IMG/VR virus record: IMGVR_UViG_3300038334_000146
Span: 1-47,021 of that record
From: a virus
Lineage: Duplodnaviria; Caudoviricetes
Direction: 5' to 3' (one strand)
Length of the DNA stretch: 47,021 nt
Shown here: piece after piece, positions 29,175-38,095 of the stretch
Position numbering within the stretch: position 1 is the stretch's first letter
Layout: each line of letters begins with the position of its first letter
Made by a program: the position numbers and the translations under genes
The notes under the pieces: model-generated
The model's input: the letters and a program-made list of their open reading frames with translations, nothing else
What the model was told of the DNA's origin: nothing
Databases searched by the model: none

Positions 29175-29444
29175 TTGAAGGGATTTATTATGGTTTTTGA
29201 AGAAGCTGAAACAATTATAGAAATCAAACCAGGATTTAAAACACATATAAGTAAAACTGTCTTGGAATCTATAGGAGCAAATGAAGGGGAATTTATCAAA
29301 GTTATTTTTAAAGATAAGAATGTTGAAACCGTTATCAAAATAAAGCCCGGATTCAAAACACACATACCTAAAAGCATTATTGAATCCATAAATGCTAAAG
29401 AAAACGATTTTATTAAAATAATCTTGAAAAAAATATCTAATTAA
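29175..29444 (+). CDS. Tandem-duplicated AbrB/SpoVT-like DNA-binding protein
   Basis: Two near-identical units ET.I.IKPGFKTHI.K...ESI.A.E..FIK.I.K. Confidence 0.7.
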   Translation: MKGFIMVFEEAETIIEIKPGFKTHISKTVLESIGANEGEFIKVIFKDKNVETVIKIKPGFKTHIPKSIIESINAKENDFIKIILKKISN

Positions 29445-30410
29445 TTAAATTTTAGCTAATATTTCTTTTTGAATATTTTCAGCAATTGCTTTCATCATAT
29501 TGGGTGGAACACTATTCCCTATACGAGCCCATTTATCCTCAGGGTTCCCAATTAATTTAAAATCTTTTGGAAAGCTTGCTAATTTTTTTATTTCATTTAT
29601 TGTGATATATCTTCCAGATTCATGGAAGAACTGTCCGAATCCACTTCTTGTTATTGTTGGAGATGGTTTATTTCTTGATAATTTAATATAATTAAAATAA
29701 CTACCATTGGGATGGTATTTACTAAATTGTTCTCCAGGTCTAACTCTATTAATTACAGATTTCACAAAATCGTTATTTGAATATTTTATAAATTCTGGTT
29801 CAATGTCTTTTAATGCTTCTCCTACAGTTATTGGTTTTGTTTGTGGTTTCGGATGAGATGGAATGATATTTAAATCGTTTCGTACTCCTATGAAAATCAT
29901 TCGTTTCCTGGATTGTGGAACATTATAATACATAGAATTCATTAAACGAGCTTTTACTTGATATCCACTTGCTTTTAGTTCTTTCAGTATATCTGCAAAG
30001 ATAAGTTTCATCTTACCTTTAACCATTCCAGAAACATTCTCCATAACAAAAACTTTAGGCTGTAATCCCTTGAGAAGTCTAATATACTCATTATACAATT
30101 GATTACGAGGATCACAAAAATCTCTTTTACCAGCTGTACTAAAACCTTGACAAGGTGGCGAACCATCAAAAATATCTAATTCACCAGGTTTTAATCCTGT
30201 TATTTCTAAAACTTTTTCTACACTTAAATTATGGATATCACCATGAAAAATAGGAGTTCCAGGAAAATTAAAATTATAGGTTTCAACAGCATTATCATCC
30301 ATTTCTACAGCCAATAAAACCTTGCCACCTGCTAATTTATAACCTAAACTGGATCCTCCACAACCAGAAAATGTACTTATAACATTGAATGATTTATTTT
30401 GGGAATTCAT
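29445..30410 (-). CDS. dcm: C5-cytosine DNA methyltransferase
   Basis: FSGCGG, GSPPCQGFS, MENVSG, PQSRKR, IGNSVPP motifs; start moved to ATG 30410. Confidence 0.95.
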   Translation of the reverse strand: MNSQNKSFNVISTFSGCGGSSLGYKLAGGKVLLAVEMDDNAVETYNFNFPGTPIFHGDIHNLSVEKVLEITGLKPGELDIFDGSPPCQGFSTAGKRDFCDPRNQLYNEYIRLLKGLQPKVFVMENVSGMVKGKMKLIFADILKELKASGYQVKARLMNSMYYNVPQSRKRMIFIGVRNDLNIIPSHPKPQTKPITVGEALKDIEPEFIKYSNNDFVKSVINRVRPGEQFSKYHPNGSYFNYIKLSRNKPSPTITRSGFGQFFHESGRYITINEIKKLASFPKDFKLIGNPEDKWARIGNSVPPNMMKAIAENIQKEILAKI

Positions 30411-30900
30411 ATCCACACTCCGGACATTTAATAGTTTCAACAGATTTAGCAATATCTTCATCAAACTCAGGTTCTTCATCAGGAACTATATCATCCACTT
30501 TTGGAGATACTAATTCATCAATTTCAAAACCAGTTAATGACAAATCAAATTCTTGCATTTCTAGATCTATTGATAATTCTTCAAGTTTGGGATAGTTCCA
30601 ATAAGATTCTTCTGAAAGCTTATTATCTGCTATCATTAAAGCAATAGCTTCACTCGAATCATGTAAATATTCTCTCTGTCTAAAAGGAACTTTATCCATA
30701 CCTAATTTTTCAGTTGCAGCAATAAAAGCACCATGACCAGCAATAATATAAAAATCTTTACTAATCAATATCGGCCTGCCCCAACCAAGCTCTTTAATAT
30801 TTTTAGCAATCTTATCCAACTGCTCAGATGGATGCTCATTAGGATTATTAGGATGAAGTTTTAACTTAGAAACTTCAATCCAAGGTGATTTATCGTCCAT
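30394..30900 (-). CDS. ParB/Srx N-terminal-domain protein with C-terminal Zn ribbon
   Basis: LKLHPNNP...IIAGHG...IADNKL...W; CPECGYEF. Confidence 0.85.
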   Translation of the reverse strand: MDDKSPWIEVSKLKLHPNNPNEHPSEQLDKIAKNIKELGWGRPILISKDFYIIAGHGAFIAATEKLGMDKVPFRQREYLHDSSEAIALMIADNKLSEESYWNYPKLEELSIDLEMQEFDLSLTGFEIDELVSPKVDDIVPDEEPEFDEDIAKSVETIKCPECGYEFPK

Positions 30901-30956
30901 AAAAAATACCTTCTAAAACAATAATATTAATATAAAGATAAAAATGGGTAATCAAA

Positions 30957-31252
30957 ATGTCAGATAACAAAGAAGATCAAAATACAGGAAAGTATATTCT
31001 GAAAAAAAAATTTCAAATAAAGAAATTAAACCAATTTTACGGGGATTAAGACACAATCATTTAAAAAATATAATAAATGATGTTGAAAAGGGCACATCTT
31101 TAAATAAAATTGACTTTGAAGTTTTAATGACCGTTGAAAGTTATGAACTTCAAAATCGAGTTAATAGACTTAGCATAATTTTAATAATTTTAACAATAGT
31201 TTTAGTAGTTTTAACATTGGTTCTGGTCTATTTAACTTTAAAATTGACATAA
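30957..31252 (+). pseudogene. Membrane-anchored protein split by one missing base in an A9 run (31002-31010)
   Basis: The ATG 30957 frame stops early; the -1 frame is open from the A-run to TAA 31252. One extra A yields a ~98-aa protein with a C-terminal TM helix. Confidence 0.55.
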
Positions 31253-31255
31253 TAA

Positions 31256-31642
31256 TTATTTTCTCCCACATAAAGAGTCTGGATCAGTGCAAATGGCATC
31301 TTCAAATTCTTCTAATTTCTTTTGTAAAATCTCATCACGTTCTTTGTTCGCTTCTTTGTAGATCTTTTCAACAACCTCATGAGTACGTTTTTCAATAATA
31401 GTCAATTCCTTTTTTTTCTGAATCATCTTGTAAACGTCACCCAGGAAATAAATAACACATCCTAGGATAAGAAGTAAAATTCCTACCCATGGAGCATGAG
31501 GAGCATAGATGTCTGGCTGAGATATACTCATAAATAAAATTAACATTCCCAAACTGATAAGACCAGTTCCTAATGTTGATTTTAAGAACCCAGTCAGCAT
31601 CATAGTTTTCGTGTACTTAATCTCTTTATAAATATGGGACAT
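31256..31642 (-). CDS. Two-TM membrane protein
   Basis: Two hydrophobic helices followed by a charged coiled tail. Confidence 0.6.
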   Translation of the reverse strand: MSHIYKEIKYTKTMMLTGFLKSTLGTGLISLGMLILFMSISQPDIYAPHAPWVGILLLILGCVIYFLGDVYKMIQKKKELTIIEKRTHEVVEKIYKEANKERDEILQKKLEEFEDAICTDPDSLCGRK

Positions 31643-31653
31643 AATGGCATCAC

Positions 31654-31812
31654 TTAGGTTTCGCTCTTACTTGGAACATGTGCTATATAACCACCTATCG
31701 CACCAACTGCAGCTGCACCTATAGTTGCATTATGTGTGACTAGTGCTATTGTGCCTAAAATTGTTATTCCTGTTATCGCTGCTATTTCGATGGTTTCTTT
31801 AGTTATTTTCAT
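31654..31812 (-). CDS. 52-aa hydrophobic protein (MKITKETIEIAAITGITILGTIALV...), holin-like candidate
   Basis: Read by hand; GGAGGCGG RBS; two short hydrophobic G/A-rich segments. Confidence 0.55.
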   Translation of the reverse strand: MKITKETIEIAAITGITILGTIALVTHNATIGAAAVGAIGGYIAHVPSKSET

Positions 31813-31875
31813 ATTAGAACCGCCTCCAGAAAATTATATATTAATAAGAAATTATTATGATATTAAGGGGATTTT

Positions 31876-32589
31876 ATGAGAAAAAAAGGCATAATATTAG
31901 AAAATACTGATAAAACTGAGTCAGAAACATCATTTTGGAAACATAATACAACAATAATTCTTGTAACTATTTCCATGATTTCAATCTCTTCAATATTGAT
32001 AATGATTAATTTTTTAGTTTTATTATATGGTGGAATAACCCCCGGGTTTAACTTAGCTAATTCGATTGCATTATTTACTGCTAGCATTGCAATTTCAGGA
32101 ACATTTTATAGTAGTCATAAGAGTGATATTCGAAATAGAGAACAAAATATTGCTGCTGAAAAAAGATTAAAAGATCAATTAATTTTTCATGAAAGGCAAT
32201 CAGCCATGCTTAAAATTTATAAAGAATTATATATTCATAAAAAATCAAGGCAAAAATTGACTGTAAAACATGATGATGTTAATAATTATCCTGCCCAAGA
32301 ATTTTCTATATTATCTACACGATACCAATTATTTAGTAGACTAAAAATAATTCAAGAAGATATTGATAGTTTTTACTATTTTCCAATAGAAATAAGAACA
32401 GAAATTGATAATTTTATTAAATATGTAAATGAACAATCCGATCATAATCCTAAACCAATAACTTTCGGAAAATCACATATTAGAGAAAAGCTAATTATAA
32501 TATATAATATGGTCGAAGTAGATATCCAAATGGGATTTGATCGAGATTATAATGTTATGAAACCTCCTTTAGCAATTCAAGGTTTATAG
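31876..32589 (+). CDS. Membrane-anchored accessory protein (moron)
   Basis: Two N-terminal TM helices, AT-rich, opposite strand. Confidence 0.6.
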   Translation: MRKKGIILENTDKTESETSFWKHNTTIILVTISMISISSILIMINFLVLLYGGITPGFNLANSIALFTASIAISGTFYSSHKSDIRNREQNIAAEKRLKDQLIFHERQSAMLKIYKELYIHKKSRQKLTVKHDDVNNYPAQEFSILSTRYQLFSRLKIIQEDIDSFYYFPIEIRTEIDNFIKYVNEQSDHNPKPITFGKSHIREKLIIIYNMVEVDIQMGFDRDYNVMKPPLAIQGL

Positions 32590-32899
32590 GCCATATATTA
32601 TCCATTTACATATTCATATGTACAAATGTCACATCAAGAACAAACATAAATCACTTCATATAAAAATGAGGTGTAGTGTTCTTTGAATGGTGGTTCAATA
32701 AAAACACTACTAATATGACGCAATTGCATCAATCATAAGCAATTACTTATGAACGTGAATCAATAACCCTCTGAGCTGCTCTGAGAACCCAGGCTGGCAA
32801 CCAATCATGAAACTCTTTAATCTCGCAAGCCTCAAAGGGTATAATATTATTCCTCCAAAAAAATAAGTATAAATCAAGGAATTCATCCATATCCATAAA

Positions 32900-33265
32900 T
32901 TAGAATCCTTTTGTTCTTTTAAGTAGAACTCCCCAAGGCAGATCTATTTTTTCACCTGCTACATATGGGATGCTTTTAGCGTGGACTAGGCCACATTTAG
33001 CACATTTTATTTCATAGTCCTCATCAATACTGAATTCTGTTGAAAAACATTCTACACAATGTTTATGTAAATTATCTGAATAACAATCATTACATATTCT
33101 GATAGGTGGAGAATAGATTTTAGCTCCGAAATTGTATTCTTTTAAAATTAGTTTAGCCAGGATAATATTTTGTGAAGGCTTTTCGGGGGTGGAACAGTCT
33201 CCACAAATATATCCTTTTAAGTCTTGTAGTTTTTCAACTTGTATTGATTTGCCGTCTTTGACCAT
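32900..33265 (-). CDS. Double Zn-finger protein with TFIIB/TFB-type Zn ribbon
   Basis: CGDC...CNDC, then CVECFSTEFSIDEDYEIKCAKCGLV, like the TFB CPxCxS...D...E.VC.xCGLV ribbon. Confidence 0.65.
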   Translation of the reverse strand: MVKDGKSIQVEKLQDLKGYICGDCSTPEKPSQNIILAKLILKEYNFGAKIYSPPIRICNDCYSDNLHKHCVECFSTEFSIDEDYEIKCAKCGLVHAKSIPYVAGEKIDLPWGVLLKRTKGF

Positions 33266-33337
33266 GGTAATCTAATAGTCTACTAATGTTCAACTATTTT
33301 CGAAAGAACGCCTAATGTTGTTCTTTCTTACTAGTAA

Positions 33338-33805
33338 TTACCACGTCATAGCTGGATTTGATGACCCTTTTAGATGGTCTATTTCGGAAATTGGTTTATT
33401 TTTTCTCTCTAATTTCCATAACCTTGATATGACGGTTGCATATATCCTTTCTTTGAGTTTATATTGCTTTATTATCTTATAATCTCTAAAAGTTACTAAT
33501 GATCCTGTACTTTCTTCTTTTACAGCTACCATTATTGCCAGGACAATAGTTTCCCATTTACACCCACGATATAATAAACGTAAATCTTTGACAGATTTCA
33601 GGATATAAATAACCCTTTCAACATCATTGTCAGATAAATTAAGACCTTTTTTATTTCTTTGCACGAATTGGATTTTTTCTCTTAAACGATATTTTTTCAT
33701 GGATAATTCATCACATGAATATAATTCTCCAGGCTGTTTATGCTGGTATTTATTCATCAGTCCTAATAATCGGTTTTCCTTTTGTTTCATTGTCATTCCA
33801 CTCAT
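33338..33805 (-). CDS. TFB-core (cyclin-fold)-like protein
   Basis: LNLSDNDVERVIYIL...LYRGCKWETIVLAIM resembles the first TFB cyclin repeat (L.LP..V.E.A..IY...L.RGRS.E.V.AA). Confidence 0.5.
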   Translation of the reverse strand: MSGMTMKQKENRLLGLMNKYQHKQPGELYSCDELSMKKYRLREKIQFVQRNKKGLNLSDNDVERVIYILKSVKDLRLLYRGCKWETIVLAIMVAVKEESTGSLVTFRDYKIIKQYKLKERIYATVISRLWKLERKNKPISEIDHLKGSSNPAMTW

Positions 33806-33979
33806 TTGGTTGCCGCCTTCGAGTTATTATTAACCTATTGTATTGCATAGACTAAATATATAAATAGTAAAAACAAGAGAGAAAAAATGGGTTTCATGTT
33901 AAAGGTTGCCGTCTTTGATTAATGGACCTTGGGAAGGATTTCGGTCCTTCTCTAAATATCATGAAATGATTAATTACTT

Positions 33980-34300
33980 TTTTTAACAATTGTTATATTA
34001 ATATAAATAAAAAAAAATATGATTTAATAATATATAATAATAATAATAATAATAATAATCCTTCAACTGTAACAAGTGTAAAATTAGAAAAAGTATCTAT
34101 AAAGGAGGTATGTAAACAGTTTACAAACAGTTTACACCTGCACTTAACATATATCTTTGGAGATTTACACTTGAAATATAACTTAAAACTATTAAAAATT
34201 GATACAATAGGGTACTTGTATCAAATAAAATCTTACTAATTCTCTGTAAACAAAATGTAAACATAAAATATGTTGTAAACAATTTGTAAACATTAAACAC
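33980..34300. other. Candidate replication origin: AT-rich tract with (ATA)n and clustered TGTAAAC/GTTTACA repeats
   Basis: Palindrome TGTAAACAGTTTACA at 34111, a further GTTTACA next to it, and four TGTAAAC copies at ~34245-34291. Confidence 0.5.
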
Positions 34301-34937
34301 AGATACCCAACTCCTTAGCAACATCCACAGGATCCACATTAAAATTCTTAATCTTAGATTTCATCACATTAAAATCAATATCTTCTACAGATTCCCAATT
34401 CCGTTTACCATAAATCAATCTATGATTCTCAAAATCATTCTTGACAGTCTTAACCGCACTAAGTAATTCTTTATCATAATCTATTTCAATTTCATGAATT
34501 TTATTATTCTCAACAACAGGATATTTATCATCAAAATAATCCCTAACTTCTTTAATATTTATTCTAGCTTTATTTGCTGAAATAATATCTAAAATAATAA
34601 CGTCTTCTAAATCATGAGGCGTAATTATAGTATCAGAACTAGTTTTATTATCACAGTATCTTTCAACTGCTTCAATAACACTAAAAAAAGGAGTTTCAGC
34701 TTTATCAGGAATATCAATCCCAATATCTATTCCTTCTTTCAACTGCTTTTCTTCCAGATCAAGTAAATGTCTTTGTTTTTTAATCTCATCTAACCTGATG
34801 CTCACTAAAGCAGGATCTTTTTTAGAAAGAATATCCAAGGCAAATTCTAATAGTTCCCTACCTGTTTTTTCAGAGGATTCATATAATTTAAAATAATAAT
34901 CATCCAATCTTCCACTAACCATCCCATTAGAAACCAT
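34293..34937 (-). CDS. Hypothetical protein, possible DNA-binding/replication initiator
   Basis: RHH-like N-terminus (VSGRLDD...L...TGRELLEFAL) and coiled coil; ends at the repeat cluster. Confidence 0.45.
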   Translation of the reverse strand: MVSNGMVSGRLDDYYFKLYESSEKTGRELLEFALDILSKKDPALVSIRLDEIKKQRHLLDLEEKQLKEGIDIGIDIPDKAETPFFSVIEAVERYCDNKTSSDTIITPHDLEDVIILDIISANKARINIKEVRDYFDDKYPVVENNKIHEIEIDYDKELLSAVKTVKNDFENHRLIYGKRNWESVEDIDFNVMKSKIKNFNVDPVDVAKELGICV

Positions 34938-35027
34938 TATTTACCAGCTCCTAAAACAGGATTTCAAAATTAAAATTCTAATAATTTGATGTTTTTTCAT
35001 GAAGGTTGCCGCCTTTATATTTAAATT

Positions 35028-35315
35028 TTATTTGTTGCTCACAATATATAAATTAACATAGTGACCATATTTATTCTTAATCCTACCATCAATTATAAAC
35101 TCTTTATTTTGGGTTAAAATAGCTGTAATCAGTTGTCTACTAGGTTGTAACCTCCCGGGGAATTTATAAGTTTTAGAAAGTTCCTTAACTAGTTCTTCAA
35201 TACTCACTGCTTTACCATTTTGTAATATATACCAAATAATGGCTTTTCGTAATTGCTTCTTCTTAGTAATTCCTTCAAAAGGTTTTTCATATTTATACAG
35301 CCTAAATTCCCCCAA
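35028..35315 (-). CDS. Winged-helix DNA-binding protein
   Basis: IIWYILQNG..SIEELVKEL...PSRQLITAIL..F; basic. Confidence 0.55.
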   Translation of the reverse strand: MGEFRLYKYEKPFEGITKKKQLRKAIIWYILQNGKAVSIEELVKELSKTYKFPGRLQPSRQLITAILTQNKEFIIDGRIKNKYGHYVNLYIVSNK

Positions 35316-35328
35316 ATTTAGATAACAT

Positions 35329-35586
35329 TTACTTCCACATTAATATCCCAACTATACTACTGATGAAATAAGCTATCCAAACAACAGCCATATAGTATTC
35401 TTTTCTTTTAATAGCAAAATAAAGGAATACTGGGTTGCTAATGGCCCATATATAGAATGCTAATGGTGATTTCATAGCACTTTGTATATATGCTCCACTT
35501 AATCCCATCAGTACAGCTGCTATTTCTAAGAGTTTCAATGAATCAATTTTATAAGTTTTTAATTTATTCATAAAATTTTCCTGCAT
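35329..35586 (-). CDS. Small 3-TM protein (PnuC-like fragment family)
   Basis: AFYIWAISN...YF...IVGILMWK pattern. Confidence 0.55.
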   Translation of the reverse strand: MQENFMNKLKTYKIDSLKLLEIAAVLMGLSGAYIQSAMKSPLAFYIWAISNPVFLYFAIKRKEYYMAVVWIAYFISSIVGILMWK

Positions 35587-36062
35587 GTAAATCTATCTCC
35601 ATTTTTATAGACTTGGATACTTAATTCAAATTCATTATCTGGAATGCCTCCAACGATTAGAAGAATAGGCTCTGGACAATTAACGCATTCATCATTGGCT
35701 ATTCTAATCATTTCATTATCATCTACAAAGCTAGGTTTTGAAGAATTATTTGGATGGAAATGCCAGTCACCGATATAACGCTTCCCTTGTTTATATTCAT
35801 AATCCATAATTTCTTGTATGCCTTCTATCCCTCTATAAAATCCATGCGTACTATGTTCTGAGTCTTTGGGTGGTCCAGTCATTCTATTGATAATGGCTGT
35901 AGAATTATCAACTGAGTAATTCCCTAAGAGTATCCCTCCAGTTTCTAGGATACCCGCTTTATTGCATTCATACCTAATGGCCTGGAGAACATAATCCATA
36001 ATTTCAACTGAAAAAACCTCATCAAAACTTCTATAAATTAAATTAACTGATTGAGCTTCCAT
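35568..36062 (-). CDS. JAB/JAMM (MPN+) metallo-isopeptidase, CBASS Cap3-like
   Basis: ETGGILLG...YIGDWHFHPNNSSKPSFVDD gives a complete E...HxH-x7-S-x2-D motif. Confidence 0.9.
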   Translation of the reverse strand: MEAQSVNLIYRSFDEVFSVEIMDYVLQAIRYECNKAGILETGGILLGNYSVDNSTAIINRMTGPPKDSEHSTHGFYRGIEGIQEIMDYEYKQGKRYIGDWHFHPNNSSKPSFVDDNEMIRIANDECVNCPEPILLIVGGIPDNEFELSIQVYKNGDRFTCRKIL

Positions 36063-36075
36063 AAAATGTCCCCTT

Positions 36076-36246
36076 TCATTTGAACTTCAACCTGACCTGT
36101 TTTTCATCAGCTGGTTTTTCTATGAATACGTAGAGTTTCCCACAATCTCCACATTTATAATATCCATATTTTTTCATACCAAAAGGCCGTAAAACTCCAT
36201 TACAAAGTTCCTGAGTTTCTGGGTCTTTATTCTTGCAGCGTTTCAT
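36076..36246 (-). CDS. 56-aa Zn-finger protein
   Basis: Read by hand: MKRCKNKDPETQELCNG...YKCGDCGK; coupled to the upstream stop. Confidence 0.55.
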   Translation of the reverse strand: MKRCKNKDPETQELCNGVLRPFGMKKYGYYKCGDCGKLYVFIEKPADEKQVRLKFK

Positions 36247-36800
36247 TAGATCACCCCTAATTCTTTGAGCATAGCTTTAAGGAATAATTCCACTTTCAAC
36301 CCATCGACTGTGAAAACTAGTAACCAGTCCCTAATATTTTTACATTTGAAATCAACGGCTATAACATTTGAATTAGGATATTTTTTCTCAATATATTCCT
36401 GGAAGTAATCATTAATTTCTTCTGCTGCCAGGCTACAATTTTCTGTTATATAAAAAGTCATGAATAGGGTGGTTTTAGGATCTTCTGACTTTTCAAAACT
36501 TATTAAATAAACCGTTGAATCTTCTTTTAAATGTGGATAAAACTTTTTTAAAACATTTAATGCATCTTCAGATGATTCAGTATCAGTATCATGCATTAAA
36601 ACAACGTCTGGAATATGACCTAATACTCTAATCATTGAATTAGAGCATATGGCATTAACTTCCATTTGAGGTGTTTTAATCCTGTATTCTTTCCCTATTT
36701 CATATCCCTTTAATCTAATAGTTGAAAATTCATTATTAGCTAGCTTAGAATAATGTTTGTTGAATTTTACAATAGGAAGGCCCTTACAATCATCTCTCAT
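36246..36800 (-). CDS. ASCH/PUA-like domain protein
   Basis: KF...STIR....IG...D...S.E.....LKKFYP......V.LISF; start moved to ATG 36800. Confidence 0.6.
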   Translation of the reverse strand: MRDDCKGLPIVKFNKHYSKLANNEFSTIRLKGYEIGKEYRIKTPQMEVNAICSNSMIRVLGHIPDVVLMHDTDTESSEDALNVLKKFYPHLKEDSTVYLISFEKSEDPKTTLFMTFYITENCSLAAEEINDYFQEYIEKKYPNSNVIAVDFKCKNIRDWLLVFTVDGLKVELFLKAMLKELGVI

Positions 36801-36804
36801 GTTA

Positions 36805-37281
36805 TCACAGCCTCGGAGATTGTGGAGTATAGTAACAGTCATCTTCTGCACTCCAATAAGCACCATATTCTATTAAATCGTAGGAGATTTTTCCAGTTTC
36901 ATCATCCTCATATTTTTCAAATATAGGGTCACAATTAGGATTATGGCATTGATAGGATGGACTGTAATAATCTGCTCTTAAAATAGTAACTGTGGGGATT
37001 AATTTCCCCAGATAAGTTACTGATCCACAATTAGGACATGGCCGAGTATCAATTTTATTAGATACATTTGTACCTACAAAAAGGTGCATATCTCCACAGG
37101 TAAGATTTCCATCATCATCTATTACTTCCAAACGGCCATTCTGAGCCAGTTTATTATAACAAGCATTGCATAGATCTACTGTTTTCCCCGTTTTTATCTG
37201 CTCTACTTCATTAAAATTCTTTGGAGATAATTTTGCATCACATTCAAAGCATTTAATATCTAAATCACTTAATTTAATCAT
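36805..37281 (-). CDS. Multi-Zn-finger protein
   Basis: CFEC, CNAC, CPNC, CHNPNC. Confidence 0.65.
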   Translation of the reverse strand: MIKLSDLDIKCFECDAKLSPKNFNEVEQIKTGKTVDLCNACYNKLAQNGRLEVIDDDGNLTCGDMHLFVGTNVSNKIDTRPCPNCGSVTYLGKLIPTVTILRADYYSPSYQCHNPNCDPIFEKYEDDETGKISYDLIEYGAYWSAEDDCYYTPQSPRL

Positions 37282-37457
37282 CCTATCACCCGATCTCTGA
37301 TATTATGAACATATAATTTCATTTGAATCAAAGTCCATGAGGTAATATAATATTTGAACCAGAGTCCAATCCCATAAGTAATATTTTCTTTATCCATGAT
37401 GTCAGATGCACATTCCAGATGATATTCTAGTAATTCCAGATTTCTTCTACGGCTCAT
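37278..37457 (-). CDS. 59-aa hypothetical protein
   Basis: Read by hand; GAGGGG RBS, ATGA overlap with the next gene. Confidence 0.45.
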   Translation of the reverse strand: MSRRRNLELLEYHLECASDIMDKENITYGIGLWFKYYITSWTLIQMKLYVHNIRDRVIG

Positions 37458-37469
37458 GATTTCCCCTCT

Positions 37470-37649
37470 TTAGAATGCATAATATCCTTTATCATGAATA
37501 AGACAAACCACATTTTTCTTATACTTGCAAATGACATCTTTAAACAAGTCTTTTAATTCTGATTCTGGCATGTTTGTTTCAATTGTCCCACAGGTTTCAG
37601 ATCCATCTAAGAGTAAAAATCTTTTCACTTCAACAAAATCATTAATCAT
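37470..37649 (-). CDS. Hypothetical protein
   Basis: ORF track entry; probable ATG in an ATGA overlap with the upstream gene. Confidence 0.45.
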   Translation of the reverse strand: MINDFVEVKRFLLLDGSETCGTIETNMPESELKDLFKDVICKYKKNVVCLIHDKGYYAF

Positions 37650-38095
37650 GATTTCACTTCCACGATATCGGTTTTGCAAACCTTTTGAACTACCTCTTCG
37701 CAGCCAGTAACTACTTCTTTGAATAATTTAACCTGTTTAACAATGATTGGTTTTCCACAGAAAGGGCAGAAATCAATATCTCTATACCTGAAATCTACAG
37801 ATTCATGATCAAATTCTTCTGGAAATGCTTGTAAAATATTTAATTTACATGAATCTTCCTCAGTTTCATGATCATAATGACTATGGAAAATTATGAATGG
37901 CATTCCCATCTGATCTGGATCAGTTCCTAATTCTTTTTCCATAGGTTCACAGCAATATTGAATATCATCTTTTAATAGATTCCAGCTCCAGGACTTATTT
38001 TTAAAAACCGTTTTACTATATGGCACAAAACAGGTATCTGCTGGTGCCGGGTTATCATCTACCATTTTAAATTCAGGCATATTATTTCCCCCCAA
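37646..38095 (-). CDS. Zn-binding hypothetical protein
   Basis: CCEPM...IDFCPFCGK, a common phage motif. Confidence 0.6.
   Translation of the reverse strand: MGGNNMPEFKMVDDNPAPADTCFVPYSKTVFKNKSWSWNLLKDDIQYCCEPMEKELGTDPDQMGMPFIIFHSHYDHETEEDSCKLNILQAFPEEFDHESVDFRYRDIDFCPFCGKPIIVKQVKLFKEVVTGCEEVVQKVCKTDIVEVKS

Noticed and set aside
30394-30479. Possible frameshift fusion of the ParB-like gene and dcm
   Set aside because: Dcm has its own ATG at 30410 just before motif I, and no slippery site is evident; a simple overlap explains it.
33274-33328. Two further ~25-bp dyads sharing a CTAATGTT core between the TFB-like genes
   Set aside because: Arms are short and ends differ from the RhuM-type units; too weak to group with them.
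34121-34339. 72-aa minus-strand ORF over the TGTAAAC repeats
   Set aside because: Composition is dictated by the repeats and it overlaps the upstream gene out of frame; more likely non-coding.
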